Origin: a virus
IMG/VR virus record: IMGVR_UViG_3300045988_057866
Direction: 5' to 3' (one strand)
Length of the DNA: 58,147 nt
Shown: positions 1 through 9,563 of the stretch, in pieces
Layout of the letters: the number at the start of each line of letters is the position of its first letter
Numbering within the stretch: the first letter of the stretch is position 1
Notes under the pieces: model-generated
Databases searched by the model: none
Seen by the model: the letters and a program-made list of their open reading frames with translations, nothing else
What the model was told of the DNA's origin: nothing
Position numbers and translations under genes: made by a program

Positions 1-99
1 ATTTTTTTGTGGATAAATGACCCAAAACGGGACGGAAAGGAGTGAGAGCGTGAATATAAGGACGCTAAAAGCAACAAAATTAAGGGCAGCAGCGTACAA
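1..99. repeat. Terminal direct repeat, identical to 58049-58147 (circular-assembly overlap or terminal redundancy)
   Basis: Compared by eye. Both copies start ATTTTTTTGTGGATAAATGACCC and end GGGCAGCAGCGTACAA, and match base for base over 99 nt. Confidence 0.9.
16..33 (+). promoter_or_regulatory. Copy of recurring motif AATGACCCAAAACGGGAC (core ACCCAAAACGGG), in the leader of the first late gene
   Basis: The 18-mer is identical to 40777-40794. Related copies lie at 32239-32256, 32774-32790 and 40509-40522. Function is unknown. Confidence 0.4.
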
Positions 100-640
100 T
101 CCAAGAAAGGATTTGCAGCCGGAGGACGCAGAGTACCAGAAGCTCCGCCGTTCCATTGAGGAGTTCGGCTATGTAGAGCCTATTATCTGGAACGAAAGAA
201 CAGGAACTGTCGTCGGAGGCCACCAGAGGCTCAAAGTTCTGCTCGAACAGGGAGCAGTGGAAATCGAGTGCGTAGTGGTAGACCTCGAAGAAAAGGACGA
301 GAAAATCCTCAATGTGCTGCTCAACAAGGTAAAGGGACGTTGGGACATTGGAAAGCTGACCGACCTTTTGCAGGAGCTTGAGGAAACCGGGGACTTAGAG
401 CTGACCGGCTATGAGGACTGGGAGTTACAGGGACTACTCATGCAGTATGACCACATTAAAGACCTCATGGAGGAAGATTTTTCGGACTATGGGGACGATA
501 AAGAGCGCAGCACCTTTGTTATGACATTCAGTCTCCCAGCAGGCGCAAGGGAAACCGTAGAAAACTATGTGAAGAACACCGCCAATGCGAAAGAGGAGCT
601 TGCGACGACGATTATCAACAAGGTAAAGGAGGGCTTGTAA
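50..640 (+). CDS. ParB-like nuclease domain protein, copy 1
   Basis: GTG at 50 sits 7 nt after AAAGGAG (36-42). ParB/Srx-type motif VVGGHQRLKVL is present. The protein aligns with the downstream paralogue from its first residues (AAAYNPRKDL vs RATYNPRIDL). The ORF-track ATG at 17 lies inside a repeated non-coding motif. Confidence 0.75.
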   Translation: MNIRTLKATKLRAAAYNPRKDLQPEDAEYQKLRRSIEEFGYVEPIIWNERTGTVVGGHQRLKVLLEQGAVEIECVVVDLEEKDEKILNVLLNKVKGRWDIGKLTDLLQELEETGDLELTGYEDWELQGLLMQYDHIKDLMEEDFSDYGDDKERSTFVMTFSLPAGARETVENYVKNTANAKEELATTIINKVKEGL

Positions 641-1209
641 TGCAGATTGAAAGAAAAAAGATTTCCGACATGGAAAGAGCAACCTACAACCCTCGTATCG
701 ACCTTATCCCCGGAGACATGGAGTACGAGAACCTGCGCAAGAGCATTAAGACCTACGGCATGATTATCCCGGTAATCTGGAATAAGAGGACGAACCGGGT
801 AGTAGGCGGCCACCAGCGATTAACCGTGCTTGAGAATGAGGGAGAAACAGAGGTAGATGTATCTGTGGTTGACCTCGACGAGACGCAGGAACGCCAGCTC
901 AACGTTGCGCTGAACAAAGTAGAGGGCGGCTGGGATAATGAGAAACTGGCGGAGCTGCTTACGGAGCTGGGAGAGGACGCAACCCTCACGGGATTTACGC
1001 AGCAGGAAATCGACAGCCTCACAAATGACATTGACGGCCTTATCGACGGAGACGCCGTGGACGAGGAACTGAAAAGCATTGAGGAGTTGTTCAACATCAG
1101 CCTCACATTTGACAAGGCAGACCAAGCAGACCTCAAAGCCTATGTGAAAGACTTCGGCAAAGAGGCGCTTGTGGAGCTGATTATTCAGAAAGCAAAGGGG
1201 GAAATTTAG
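640..1209 (+). CDS. ParB-like nuclease domain protein, copy 2 (tandem paralogue)
   Basis: The start overlaps the upstream stop (TAATG). Motif VVGGHQRLTVL is present, with the same domain layout as copy 1. Confidence 0.8.
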   Translation: MQIERKKISDMERATYNPRIDLIPGDMEYENLRKSIKTYGMIIPVIWNKRTNRVVGGHQRLTVLENEGETEVDVSVVDLDETQERQLNVALNKVEGGWDNEKLAELLTELGEDATLTGFTQQEIDSLTNDIDGLIDGDAVDEELKSIEELFNISLTFDKADQADLKAYVKDFGKEALVELIIQKAKGEI

Positions 1210-1210
1210 C

Positions 1211-2230
1211 ATGGGTTGTAAATGCGGAACACAGGTTATTTTATGCAATCTCCCGATACGCTTCGACACCTACAAAGGGTGCAGCCACGGGTGTAAATAC
1301 TGCTTCGTGCAGAAAAAGGCGAATATCGCCAAAATCCAGAGGGACGAGACCGTAGAGGCCCTGCGCTCTTTTATTGAGGGTAAGAGAGGTCGAGAGACGG
1401 CGTGGTGCGACTGGAATATTCCTATCCATTGGGGCGGAATGAGCGACCCATTCCAGCCGATTGAAAAGAATATCAGAGCCAGCTACGAGTGTTTGAAGCT
1501 GCTGGCAGAAACGCAGTACCCATTCGTCGTAAGCACAAAGGGCAGGCTCGCAGCGGAGCCGGAATATCTTGACCTGCTGGAAAAATGCAACTGCGTGGTG
1601 CAGGTTTCTATGGTATGCAGCAAATACGACCAACTGGAACCCGGAACCCCACCGTATGAGGAGCGACTAAAAATGGTCGAGACCCTTGCTGGACGGGTGC
1701 AGAGGGTTATTGTCAGAATACAGCCGTATATGCCGGAAGTTTTCAGAGACGTTATGAAGAACATTCCGAGACTGGCAGCCGCAGGCGTTTACGGTATCGT
1801 AGTCGAGGGAATGAAGTTCTACAAAGGCAAGAAAGGCATGGTGAAAATCGGCGGCGACAACTGTTATCCGTTGGGCGTACTCAGACCGCAGTTCGAGAGC
1901 GTTCGGGCAGAGGCGCACCGACACGGCATGAAGTTTTACGCCGGAGAGAACCGCCTCAGAGCAATGGGCGACAGTATGTGTTGCTGCGGCATTGACGGCC
2001 TTGAGGGATTTAAGGGCAACGACTACAACCTCTGTATGCTTCTGAACGGGAAGAACCCGGAGCCAACCGAGACTATGAAACAAATCGGGACAGGCGGGTG
2101 CTTCCAGAGCCTTAACCAGATTGCCGGTATCAACAAGAAAATCAATAGCCAGTCTTTCTACGGCCTCATGCAGGAGGAGCTTGGAAACAAGACAGACTAT
2201 TACAAACGGCTCTTTGGCTTAGAAGAATAG
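1211..2230 (+). CDS. Radical SAM protein (SplB / DNA-photolyase-like COG1533 type)
   Basis: N-terminal CX3CX2C cluster in YKGCSHGCKYCF. At 339 aa, its size and layout resemble spore-photoproduct-lyase-like radical SAM enzymes. Confidence 0.7.
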   Translation: MGCKCGTQVILCNLPIRFDTYKGCSHGCKYCFVQKKANIAKIQRDETVEALRSFIEGKRGRETAWCDWNIPIHWGGMSDPFQPIEKNIRASYECLKLLAETQYPFVVSTKGRLAAEPEYLDLLEKCNCVVQVSMVCSKYDQLEPGTPPYEERLKMVETLAGRVQRVIVRIQPYMPEVFRDVMKNIPRLAAAGVYGIVVEGMKFYKGKKGMVKIGGDNCYPLGVLRPQFESVRAEAHRHGMKFYAGENRLRAMGDSMCCCGIDGLEGFKGNDYNLCMLLNGKNPEPTETMKQIGTGGCFQSLNQIAGINKKINSQSFYGLMQEELGNKTDYYKRLFGLEE

Positions 2231-2255
2231 GCTGCCAGTAAAGGAGAGGAGGACA

Positions 2256-2753
2256 ATGCCAAAATGGACTGATAAGCCGTGGGAACGTCAAAAGGGCGAA
2301 AGCGAAAAGGCATTTGAGGCATTCGTTACTTACCGGGATATGGGAGAAAAGCGGACGCTGACAGCCGTTGCGGAAAAGTTGCAAAAAAGTGGTACTTTAA
2401 TTCGACGCTGGAAAAGCACATGGGATTGGGCTGAGCGTGTCCGAGCCTATGACAATGAGCTGGAAAAAGAGGCTCACACCAAAGCCGTAAAAGACCGCAA
2501 AGCAATGGTAGACCGCCATATCGGGATAGCAATGCAACTCCAAAAGAAAGCCCTTGAAGCGTTGGGACACTTATCAGCCGAGGAAATGTCCGCCAAAGAC
2601 ATCAAGGAATTTATCAAAATGGCGACAGAACTTGAAAGGCTCAACAGAACATTGGAGGAAGACAGCACACAGGAGAGCAACAACTCCGACACGCTTGCTG
2701 ACAGTATCATAGAGGCATACAAGAAGCGAAAGGAGGCGGAGGACGATGCTTGA
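2256..2753 (+). CDS. terS: Putative terminase small subunit
   Basis: A 165-aa HTH-like protein directly upstream of terL and overlapping it, with a good RBS (AAAGGAGAGGAGG). The call is mostly positional. Confidence 0.55.
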   Translation: MPKWTDKPWERQKGESEKAFEAFVTYRDMGEKRTLTAVAEKLQKSGTLIRRWKSTWDWAERVRAYDNELEKEAHTKAVKDRKAMVDRHIGIAMQLQKKALEALGHLSAEEMSAKDIKEFIKMATELERLNRTLEEDSTQESNNSDTLADSIIEAYKKRKEAEDDA

Positions 2754-4152
2754 CAGCGAGGCTATTTTGTATTATGCCGACCACCCGGTAGAGTTTGTCG
2801 AGGACGTTATCGGGGCGAAACCCGACGCACAACAAGCAAAGATACTCCGCAGCGTTGGAAAGAACCAGCTCACAACCGTAAGAAGCGGCCACGGCGTAGG
2901 AAAAAGTACGGTTGAGGCGTGGGTGGTTATTTGGTTTATGGTTACGAGGCCATTCCCGAAGATACCATGCACAGCACCGACGCAGCACCAGTTATTTGAT
3001 ATTCTTTGGGCGGAGGTCAGCAAGTGGTTGAGGCATAACAAAGCCCTCTCCAATGAGCTGATATGGACAAAGGAAAAGGTCTACATGAGAGGCTACCCGG
3101 AGGAATGGTTCGCAGTAGCCAGAACAGCCAGCAAGCCGGACGCTCTGCAAGGATTTCATGCGGACGACGTTCTGTATATCATAGACGAGGCCAGCGGTGT
3201 AGACGACAGTATATTTGAGCCGGTACTTGGTGCGTTATCAACACCGGGCGCAAGGCTTTTAATGTGTGGGAACCCGACGCAGTTGTCGGGCTTTTTTTAT
3301 GAGAGCCACACCAAGAACAGAGCGAGCTACGCAGCGTTCCACATCGACGGGCGGAACAGCAGCAGGGTATCGCAGGATTTTGTTCAGACAATCATCAATA
3401 TGTATGGGGAGGACAGCGACGTATTCCGTGTACGAGTGGCCGGAGAGTTCCCGTTGCAGGAGGACGATATTTATATTCCACTTTCACTCGTAGAAAATTC
3501 CATTATGACGGAGTTTTCTCCCCGAAAACACCCGGATTTGGTTCATATCGGGTGCGACGTTGCCCGTTTCGGAGACGATAAGACGGTAATCGGCTACAAG
3601 GTCGATGAAAAAGTCACGTTCTACAAGAAACGGCAGGGACAGGACACTATGAAAACAGCGGACGACATCGTTATGTTAGGAGAGGAGCTGATACAGCGAT
3701 ACAAGCTGACAGACCCTATCCCGGTAAAGATAGACGACGGCGGCGTTGGTGGTGGCGTGGTAGACCGCTTACGCCAGATAAAGAGGCACAACCCGGAGCG
3801 GTTCTGGTGGCTTGAGGTTTACCCGGTCAAGTTCGGCCAGAGGATAAAACACAAGTATTTCCACGACAGCACCACATTTATGATGTCGGTTGTAAAGAAG
3901 CTGTTACAGTCTTATGACGACGACGGCAGCAGGAAGCCGGTAGAACTGATATTGCCGGACGACAACGACCTAGTAGCGCAGCTTTCCGGCAGGAAGTATG
4001 AGCTGACAGAGGCCAGCAAGATAAAAATTGAGAGTAAGGACGCAGTTAAGAAGCGAGGGCAGCCAAGCCCGGACGAGGCCGACTGCGTTCTTCTTTTATG
4101 TTTACCAGTTAAGCCACCAAAAAAGCACAGGGAGGTGAGAAAGAATGGCTAA
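2746..4152 (+). CDS. terL: Terminase large subunit
   Basis: Walker A-like SGHGVGKST and Walker B-like VLYIIDEASGV are present, followed by a nuclease-like C-terminal half. Length is 468 aa. Confidence 0.9.
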   Translation: MLDSEAILYYADHPVEFVEDVIGAKPDAQQAKILRSVGKNQLTTVRSGHGVGKSTVEAWVVIWFMVTRPFPKIPCTAPTQHQLFDILWAEVSKWLRHNKALSNELIWTKEKVYMRGYPEEWFAVARTASKPDALQGFHADDVLYIIDEASGVDDSIFEPVLGALSTPGARLLMCGNPTQLSGFFYESHTKNRASYAAFHIDGRNSSRVSQDFVQTIINMYGEDSDVFRVRVAGEFPLQEDDIYIPLSLVENSIMTEFSPRKHPDLVHIGCDVARFGDDKTVIGYKVDEKVTFYKKRQGQDTMKTADDIVMLGEELIQRYKLTDPIPVKIDDGGVGGGVVDRLRQIKRHNPERFWWLEVYPVKFGQRIKHKYFHDSTTFMMSVVKKLLQSYDDDGSRKPVELILPDDNDLVAQLSGRKYELTEASKIKIESKDAVKKRGQPSPDEADCVLLLCLPVKPPKKHREVRKNG

Positions 4153-5725
4153 GAGCAAACAGAGAATGGAGGCCCGCATTATCAAGGAGCATAAGCAGCA
4201 GGCCCCGGTCACAAAGGCGGACGTATCAGTACAGGTTACGCCGGAGGACGCATTCAACGCCGGGGACTGGATAATGCCGATGAATGACCGCATAGGGCTG
4301 AGAACCCTTGTGAAGCACAGCACCATTCTCCCTCAGTGTATCAGAGCATACAAGAACAATATCGCCGGTTTCGGTATCGGCGTGAGATATGTTGACGACG
4401 TAGAGGAAACCCCGGAAATGGCAGCAGAGTACAGCAGAGCGGAGGAGATTATCGAGCTGCTGAACATTGAGCAGGACACCAAAGAGGTGTTCGAGGACAT
4501 CATCGAGGCGAGGGAGACCTACGGAGCCGCTTACATTGAGGTTATTCGGGACGTTGCCGGGGACGTGGTTCAGATTGAGTTCATCAAGGACACGCCCTCT
4601 GTTTATAAGACAAAGCCTCTTGAGCCGTACATCGGCTCGATGTACTACCACCACGGGAAAGAACTTGAGCGTAAGAAACGCTTTTGCAAATTCAAGCAGG
4701 AGGTCGGAGGCAAAACGGTCTACTTCAAGGAGTTTGGCGACCCTCGAATTATGGATAGGAGAGACGGCAAGTACCTTGGGGAGGGCGAAACGCTTGACCT
4801 GCAATATCAGGCCAACGAGATTATGGAGTTCGCCATTGGCACGGAGCCATACGGCGAGGTGCGCTGGATAGGTCAGACGCTCGGCGTAGACGGCAGCAGG
4901 AAAGCAGAAAACCTCAATAACAACTACTTTGAGAACGGCAGGCACACGCCTCTTATGATTATGATTAAGGGCGGAACGCTGACGGACGAGAGTTTCGAGA
5001 AGCTGCAGCAGTACATGAACGACATCAAGGGAGAGGCCGGTCAACACGCCTTTATTATCCTTGAGACGGAGAGCAGCGACGGGCGAACAGATTTCGACCA
5101 GCAGGAGAAGCCGGAAATCGAAGTGAAAGACCTTGCGAACATCTTACAGAAAGACGAGCTTTTTCAAGATTACCTTGATAACAACCGCCGCAAGGTGCAG
5201 TCCTCTTTCCAGTTGCCAGACCTTTATGTTGGCTATACGACGGACTTCAACAGAGCAACAGCACAGACGGCGCAAGAGGTCACAGAGGAGCAGGTGTTCC
5301 AGCCGGAGCGAAAGAGCCTCGCATGGGCGATTAACAACCGCCTGTTGAATGGTTATAAGTTCCAGTATGTTGAGACTTATTTCCTTGAGCCGGACATTTC
5401 AAATCCAGACGACCTATACAAGCTGCTTACCGTTGGCAATAACGCCGGAGGTCTTACCCCGAACCTTGCAAAGAGAATTATTTATAAGGCATTGGGCGAG
5501 GACAGCGAGGACTACCCGGAGAACCCGGACGAGGCAGCATGGGGCGACATTCCACTGTCTTATAACAAGTCGCAGAGCAGCGGCATGGGATTTGACCTCG
5601 GACAGCTCACCATGAGCTTACAAAAGCAGATTGAGAAAGCAGCCGGGAACCACGACGATGCTGTTGTTGCCGTGATGAAAGAGGTTAAGAGCCTTTTGAA
5701 GCAAATGGATAAGGAGGCGAGCTGA
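4145..5725 (+). CDS. Portal protein
   Basis: A 526-aa ORF immediately after terL and overlapping it, with portal-typical size and position. Confidence 0.85.
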   Translation: MAKSKQRMEARIIKEHKQQAPVTKADVSVQVTPEDAFNAGDWIMPMNDRIGLRTLVKHSTILPQCIRAYKNNIAGFGIGVRYVDDVEETPEMAAEYSRAEEIIELLNIEQDTKEVFEDIIEARETYGAAYIEVIRDVAGDVVQIEFIKDTPSVYKTKPLEPYIGSMYYHHGKELERKKRFCKFKQEVGGKTVYFKEFGDPRIMDRRDGKYLGEGETLDLQYQANEIMEFAIGTEPYGEVRWIGQTLGVDGSRKAENLNNNYFENGRHTPLMIMIKGGTLTDESFEKLQQYMNDIKGEAGQHAFIILETESSDGRTDFDQQEKPEIEVKDLANILQKDELFQDYLDNNRRKVQSSFQLPDLYVGYTTDFNRATAQTAQEVTEEQVFQPERKSLAWAINNRLLNGYKFQYVETYFLEPDISNPDDLYKLLTVGNNAGGLTPNLAKRIIYKALGEDSEDYPENPDEAAWGDIPLSYNKSQSSGMGFDLGQLTMSLQKQIEKAAGNHDDAVVAVMKEVKSLLKQMDKEAS

Positions 5726-5726
5726 T

Positions 5727-6695
5727 ATGTGTTTGAAATGCGGCCCGCTGATTAAAGCCATTGACGCATACATCGAAAAGGCAGACGGCGGCCTCTCCGA
5801 CGCTCTCAAGGAGGAGGGCTACACCAAAGCAAAAAAGACCGTCAAGTACATTGAGGACATGGAGGACGGTGTTTCGGAGGCACTTCTGGACGAGACAGAT
5901 TATATCGTCGGGGAGGTTGAAAAGGCGGTAGACCTCGAAGCCTTTGCAGCGGACATCTGGCCGAAAGTGAAACTGAACGACGGAGTAAAGGCAAAGCTCG
6001 TTACAGTGTTCAAAGAACAGTTCGACAAGTTCATGCCGGAATTTGTCGAGGCGTACATCAAGCAGACGGACAGAGGATTGAAGCTGACGCAGGTATCGAA
6101 GCGCACAACGGCATGGATAGAGCGTTGGAGCAGTGACCTCGGAGAGATTATGAAGCTCAACAGCCACAAGGAAATTGAGAACATACTCAAAAAGGGGCTT
6201 GAGAACGGCGATAGTATTTCGACCTTTACCCGTGCTATCCTCGACAGCGGAATACGGGACGAGTATTACAAGGCCCGCAGGGTGTCGGTCACGGAGGTTT
6301 TGAGGGCGCACAGCGTAGCGCAGCAGGAAGCATTCATGCAGTCCCCGGCGGTTGAGGAGAAGATGTGGAAGCACACCGGGGAATACAGGAACGAACCCCG
6401 ACAGAACCATGTTGACATGGACGGCCAGAGGGTTCCTGTAAATGAGCCTTTCGAGCTGGTAGGCGCAGACGGAGGCACATACGAGTGTATGTACCCTCGT
6501 GACCCGTCATTACCGCCGGAGGAGAGTATCAACTGCCATTGCATTTGCCAGCCGGTGGTGAGTGAGGAAATCCTCGGTCTTTCCCTTGAGGAACGACAGG
6601 CATTGCAGCAGGAAGCCGTTGACGAAATGGACGACGAATGGGAGCGAGAGCTGGACGAGAGAAACAAGGCGAAAGCCGGGATAGAGGAGGAGTAG
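5727..6695 (+). CDS. Minor head / head morphogenesis protein (SPP1 gp7 / Mu F-like)
   Basis: It follows the portal gene. The C-terminal region MYPRDPSLPPEESINCHCICQP resembles the gp7/F-like domain. Confidence 0.7.
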   Translation: MCLKCGPLIKAIDAYIEKADGGLSDALKEEGYTKAKKTVKYIEDMEDGVSEALLDETDYIVGEVEKAVDLEAFAADIWPKVKLNDGVKAKLVTVFKEQFDKFMPEFVEAYIKQTDRGLKLTQVSKRTTAWIERWSSDLGEIMKLNSHKEIENILKKGLENGDSISTFTRAILDSGIRDEYYKARRVSVTEVLRAHSVAQQEAFMQSPAVEEKMWKHTGEYRNEPRQNHVDMDGQRVPVNEPFELVGADGGTYECMYPRDPSLPPEESINCHCICQPVVSEEILGLSLEERQALQQEAVDEMDDEWERELDERNKAKAGIEEE

Positions 6696-6698
6696 CGC

Positions 6699-6908
6699 AT
6701 GAAAATTAAGGTTTCTGTTACTGACAAGGGACACACATCGGTAATTGTGGACGGCGTAGAGCTTAATATGCTTGCAGAGGGCTTTACACTTTCGCAAAAC
6801 GCCGGAGAAATCCCGGTGCTTACACTCAGAGTTCCGATTATCGACGGAGCCGACATTGAGTTGCCGGACGGAATTGTTATTGCGAACATCGAGAAGCCGG
6901 AGGAATAA
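6699..6908 (+). CDS. Hypothetical small protein
   Basis: A 69-aa ORF with an RBS (GGAGGAG) 7 nt upstream. Confidence 0.5.
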   Translation: MKIKVSVTDKGHTSVIVDGVELNMLAEGFTLSQNAGEIPVLTLRVPIIDGADIELPDGIVIANIEKPEE

Positions 6909-7022
6909 CCCTCTTGCTTTCTCAGACGGAGCAGGAGTTCCCAAAACGATACAGGCGGGGAAATTACCGTCTGGACAAATAACGGCGTTTCAGAGCCGTT
7001 CAGAGCTTTTACACGATAAGAG

Positions 7023-7043
7023 GCAGCGGTGACGCTGCTTTTT
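7023..7043 (+). terminator. Rho-independent terminator-like hairpin
   Basis: GCAGCG-GTGA-CGCTGC is followed by TTTTT. It lies inside the 5' extension of the ORF-track call 7029..8477, which argues for the downstream ATG. Confidence 0.55.
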
Positions 7044-7079
7044 ATATTTTCAGAGCCTTTGAAAGGAGGTGAAAAGGGC

Positions 7080-8477
7080 ATGAGAAAGGGCTTAAAGAAA
7101 GCCTACGAAATCACGGACGCTAAAATCAGTTTTGTTTCACTGGTAGACAAGGCAGCCAATAAGCGTCAGTTCCTTTTGAAGAAAGCGGACGACGGAAAAG
7201 CGTCGTTTACGACCTACGGCAGAATTATCAAGGCGGACGCAGAGAGCCACTATGTTACCGGTATTGTGTACGAACCTATGGAGGAGGACAGCCACGGCAA
7301 CTACATGACCGAGGAGGAAATCACCAAAGCGGCGTACTGGTTTGCGAAGAATGGCGACAAGGTGGACTTGCAGCACAGTTTTGATGTTCTGGACGGAGCA
7401 ACCGTCGTGGAAAACTGGATTGCGAAAGCAGATTTTGAAATCGACGGCGAGACAATCCGAAAGGGAACATGGCTTATGACCGTTGAGGTAACGGACGAGA
7501 GCGTGTGGGAAGCCATTGAAAAGGGCGACATCACAGGCTTTAGCATGGGCGGAGTTGGAAATTACAGTGAGGAGGACGTAGAGTTGGACGAAGTGACAAA
7601 GCAGGCAGCGGGCAGCTCAAAGAAAGGGTTGCTGAAACAGTTGGCGGCGGCATTGGGTGTCAATGTCGTGGAAAAGGGTGCTATGGCGGAGCTTTACGAG
7701 GAGCGCAGCAAAGGCAGTCTTTTTTGGAACGCCTTTAACTCCCTTGAGGAGATTTTATACAAGTATGACCCGATTACGGGACGCTGGCAGTATGAAGCGA
7801 ATGAGGACAAGGTGCGTGAGTGCCTTGAGGACTTTGCTTCTATCATCACCAGCATTTTGACCGGGAAAGAAAGTATCACGAAAGCCATTGAAGCTGACCG
7901 CCCGGAGGGGATTGAAAAGGCCGGTAAGAAAATGAGCACCAAGAACAAGGATACCCTGTCGGGCATTTATGAAAGTCTCGGCACATTCCTTAAAGAGTTC
8001 GACGACCCGGAGGAGAATCTGGACGATGAAAAGAATAAATCCAGAGAGGACGAGACCGGGGCGGAGGACGACAAAACCAAAAAGAAAGACGAGGAGGAAA
8101 AAGAAGTGACTAAACAGGAAGTTGAAGCGATTGTTACAAAGTCCCTTGAGGCTGCTATCGCAAAGGCTATGGGCGCAGGCGAGGCGGACGACAAGGGCGA
8201 GGCCGCAGCACAGGCGCAGGCAGCAGACGTTGAGAAGTCCGAGGAGCTTACCCCGGAGAGTATCGACGCAATGGTACAGGCGGCAGTAGAAAAGGCTCTC
8301 AAGCCGCAGGAGGAGCCTCATGTTACTACCGAACAGGTGCAGAACATGATTACCAAAGCGGTTGAGAACGCTACCGCCTCTGTTCTGAAAAGCAGAGGGC
8401 TTCCGAGCAATTTCAACGGCGACGGAAGCGTACAGAAGTCAGCAGGTGAGGAACATTACCTGCACGGCATTCTCTAA
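7080..8477 (+). CDS. XkdF-like prohead serine protease fused to an acidic/lysine-rich scaffold-like C-terminal region
   Basis: ATG at 7080 follows AAAGGAGGTG. The N-terminal KISFVSLVDKAANKRQFLLKK matches the XkdF-type protease family as remembered. The C-terminal half is E/K/D/A-rich and coiled-coil-like. Confidence 0.65.
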   Translation: MRKGLKKAYEITDAKISFVSLVDKAANKRQFLLKKADDGKASFTTYGRIIKADAESHYVTGIVYEPMEEDSHGNYMTEEEITKAAYWFAKNGDKVDLQHSFDVLDGATVVENWIAKADFEIDGETIRKGTWLMTVEVTDESVWEAIEKGDITGFSMGGVGNYSEEDVELDEVTKQAAGSSKKGLLKQLAAALGVNVVEKGAMAELYEERSKGSLFWNAFNSLEEILYKYDPITGRWQYEANEDKVRECLEDFASIITSILTGKESITKAIEADRPEGIEKAGKKMSTKNKDTLSGIYESLGTFLKEFDDPEENLDDEKNKSREDETGAEDDKTKKKDEEEKEVTKQEVEAIVTKSLEAAIAKAMGAGEADDKGEAAAQAQAADVEKSEELTPESIDAMVQAAVEKALKPQEEPHVTTEQVQNMITKAVENATASVLKSRGLPSNFNGDGSVQKSAGEEHYLHGIL

Positions 8478-8503
8478 TACAACATAAGGAGGAAAAACAG
8501 AAT

Positions 8504-9550
8504 ATGAACAGCAACAGCACAATCATCAGAAAAGCGGCCATTTCCACTGGTTCGCTCACTTCCGGGCTGCTTAACCCGGAACAGGCCCGAAAGTTCATTC
8601 AGCAGACTTTCGACGCTACCAACCTCGGCGGCCTTATCCGCCATGAGCAGCGTACCGCAAAGACTGGCGAAATCGACAAGATTGGTATTGCCAGCCGTAT
8701 TGTCCGTAAAAAGACAGAGAACACAGACGACGGCTATCGTGCAGGCGTAAACACTTCCCAGATTGAATATGCGACTACCGCTATTCGACTTCCGTGGGAA
8801 ATCACTGAGGAGAGCCTGCGTGAGAACATCGAGGGCCAGAACCTCGAAAAGATTATCACCGACCTTATGACCGCACAGCTCGGTGTTGACCTTGAGGACT
8901 TGTACCTCAACGGTAACGAGGGTGCCGGTACTGCAAAGGCGTTCTCCGCTACGGAGACTTACAAGGTCGGTGATACCGTAACCTACAACGGCAGCGTCTA
9001 CGAGTTCCAGAAAGCACACGCAGCAGGCGCATGGAATGACAGCGATGTGAGAGAAATCGGTGAGGCCGGTGATGTTGATTTCCTTAAAATCAACGACGGC
9101 TGGCTCAAGCAGATTGGCAACGGCGGCCATGTACTCGACGTCTCCACTCAGAGCGATATGAGCCTCGATATGTTCTACAAGGCACTCGGCTCTATTCCGA
9201 ACAAGTACAACAACGGCAAGCTCCGCTGGCTCATGTCTCCTAAGAGAGCGCAGGAGTGGGAACTGTTCCTACTTAACAAGGTTGTAAATGCAGGCGGCGC
9301 AGTGCCGGAGAGCGTTTACAGCAGCCCGGCTCGTATTCCTACTGTTGAATGCCCGTCTCTTTCTGACGACCGCATTCTGCTTACCGACCCGAAGAACCTT
9401 ATCGTCGTAAACACTTACGATGTGAAGATTCGCAAGACCACAGAGGGCAAGGAAGCAATCATGCAGGATAAGCGTTTCTACGTTACCCATTTGGACTACG
9501 ACCCGATTATCGAGGAGCTGGACGCTACTGCCATGATTAAGCTGAAATAA
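8504..9550 (+). CDS. Major capsid protein
   Basis: A 348-aa ORF directly after the protease/scaffold gene, with a strong RBS (AAGGAGG). Position and size fit an HK97-fold capsid protein. Confidence 0.75.
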   Translation: MNSNSTIIRKAAISTGSLTSGLLNPEQARKFIQQTFDATNLGGLIRHEQRTAKTGEIDKIGIASRIVRKKTENTDDGYRAGVNTSQIEYATTAIRLPWEITEESLRENIEGQNLEKIITDLMTAQLGVDLEDLYLNGNEGAGTAKAFSATETYKVGDTVTYNGSVYEFQKAHAAGAWNDSDVREIGEAGDVDFLKINDGWLKQIGNGGHVLDVSTQSDMSLDMFYKALGSIPNKYNNGKLRWLMSPKRAQEWELFLLNKVVNAGGAVPESVYSSPARIPTVECPSLSDDRILLTDPKNLIVVNTYDVKIRKTTEGKEAIMQDKRFYVTHLDYDPIIEELDATAMIKLK

Positions 9551-9563
9551 GGAGGGCTGTCCT

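Noticed and set aside
17-49. ATG at 17 as the start of the first ParB-like gene (ORF-track call 17..640)
   Set aside because: This ATG lies inside the 18-mer AATGACCCAAAACGGGAC. At its other exact copy (40777), the same ATG opens only a 9-codon ORF. GTG at 50 has a well-spaced AAAGGAG RBS and matches the N-terminus of the paralogue. The ATG cannot be fully excluded.
7029-7079. GTG at 7029 as the start of the protease/scaffold gene
   Set aside because: It lies inside the terminator hairpin at 7023-7043. ATG at 7080 has the strong RBS AAAGGAGGTG.
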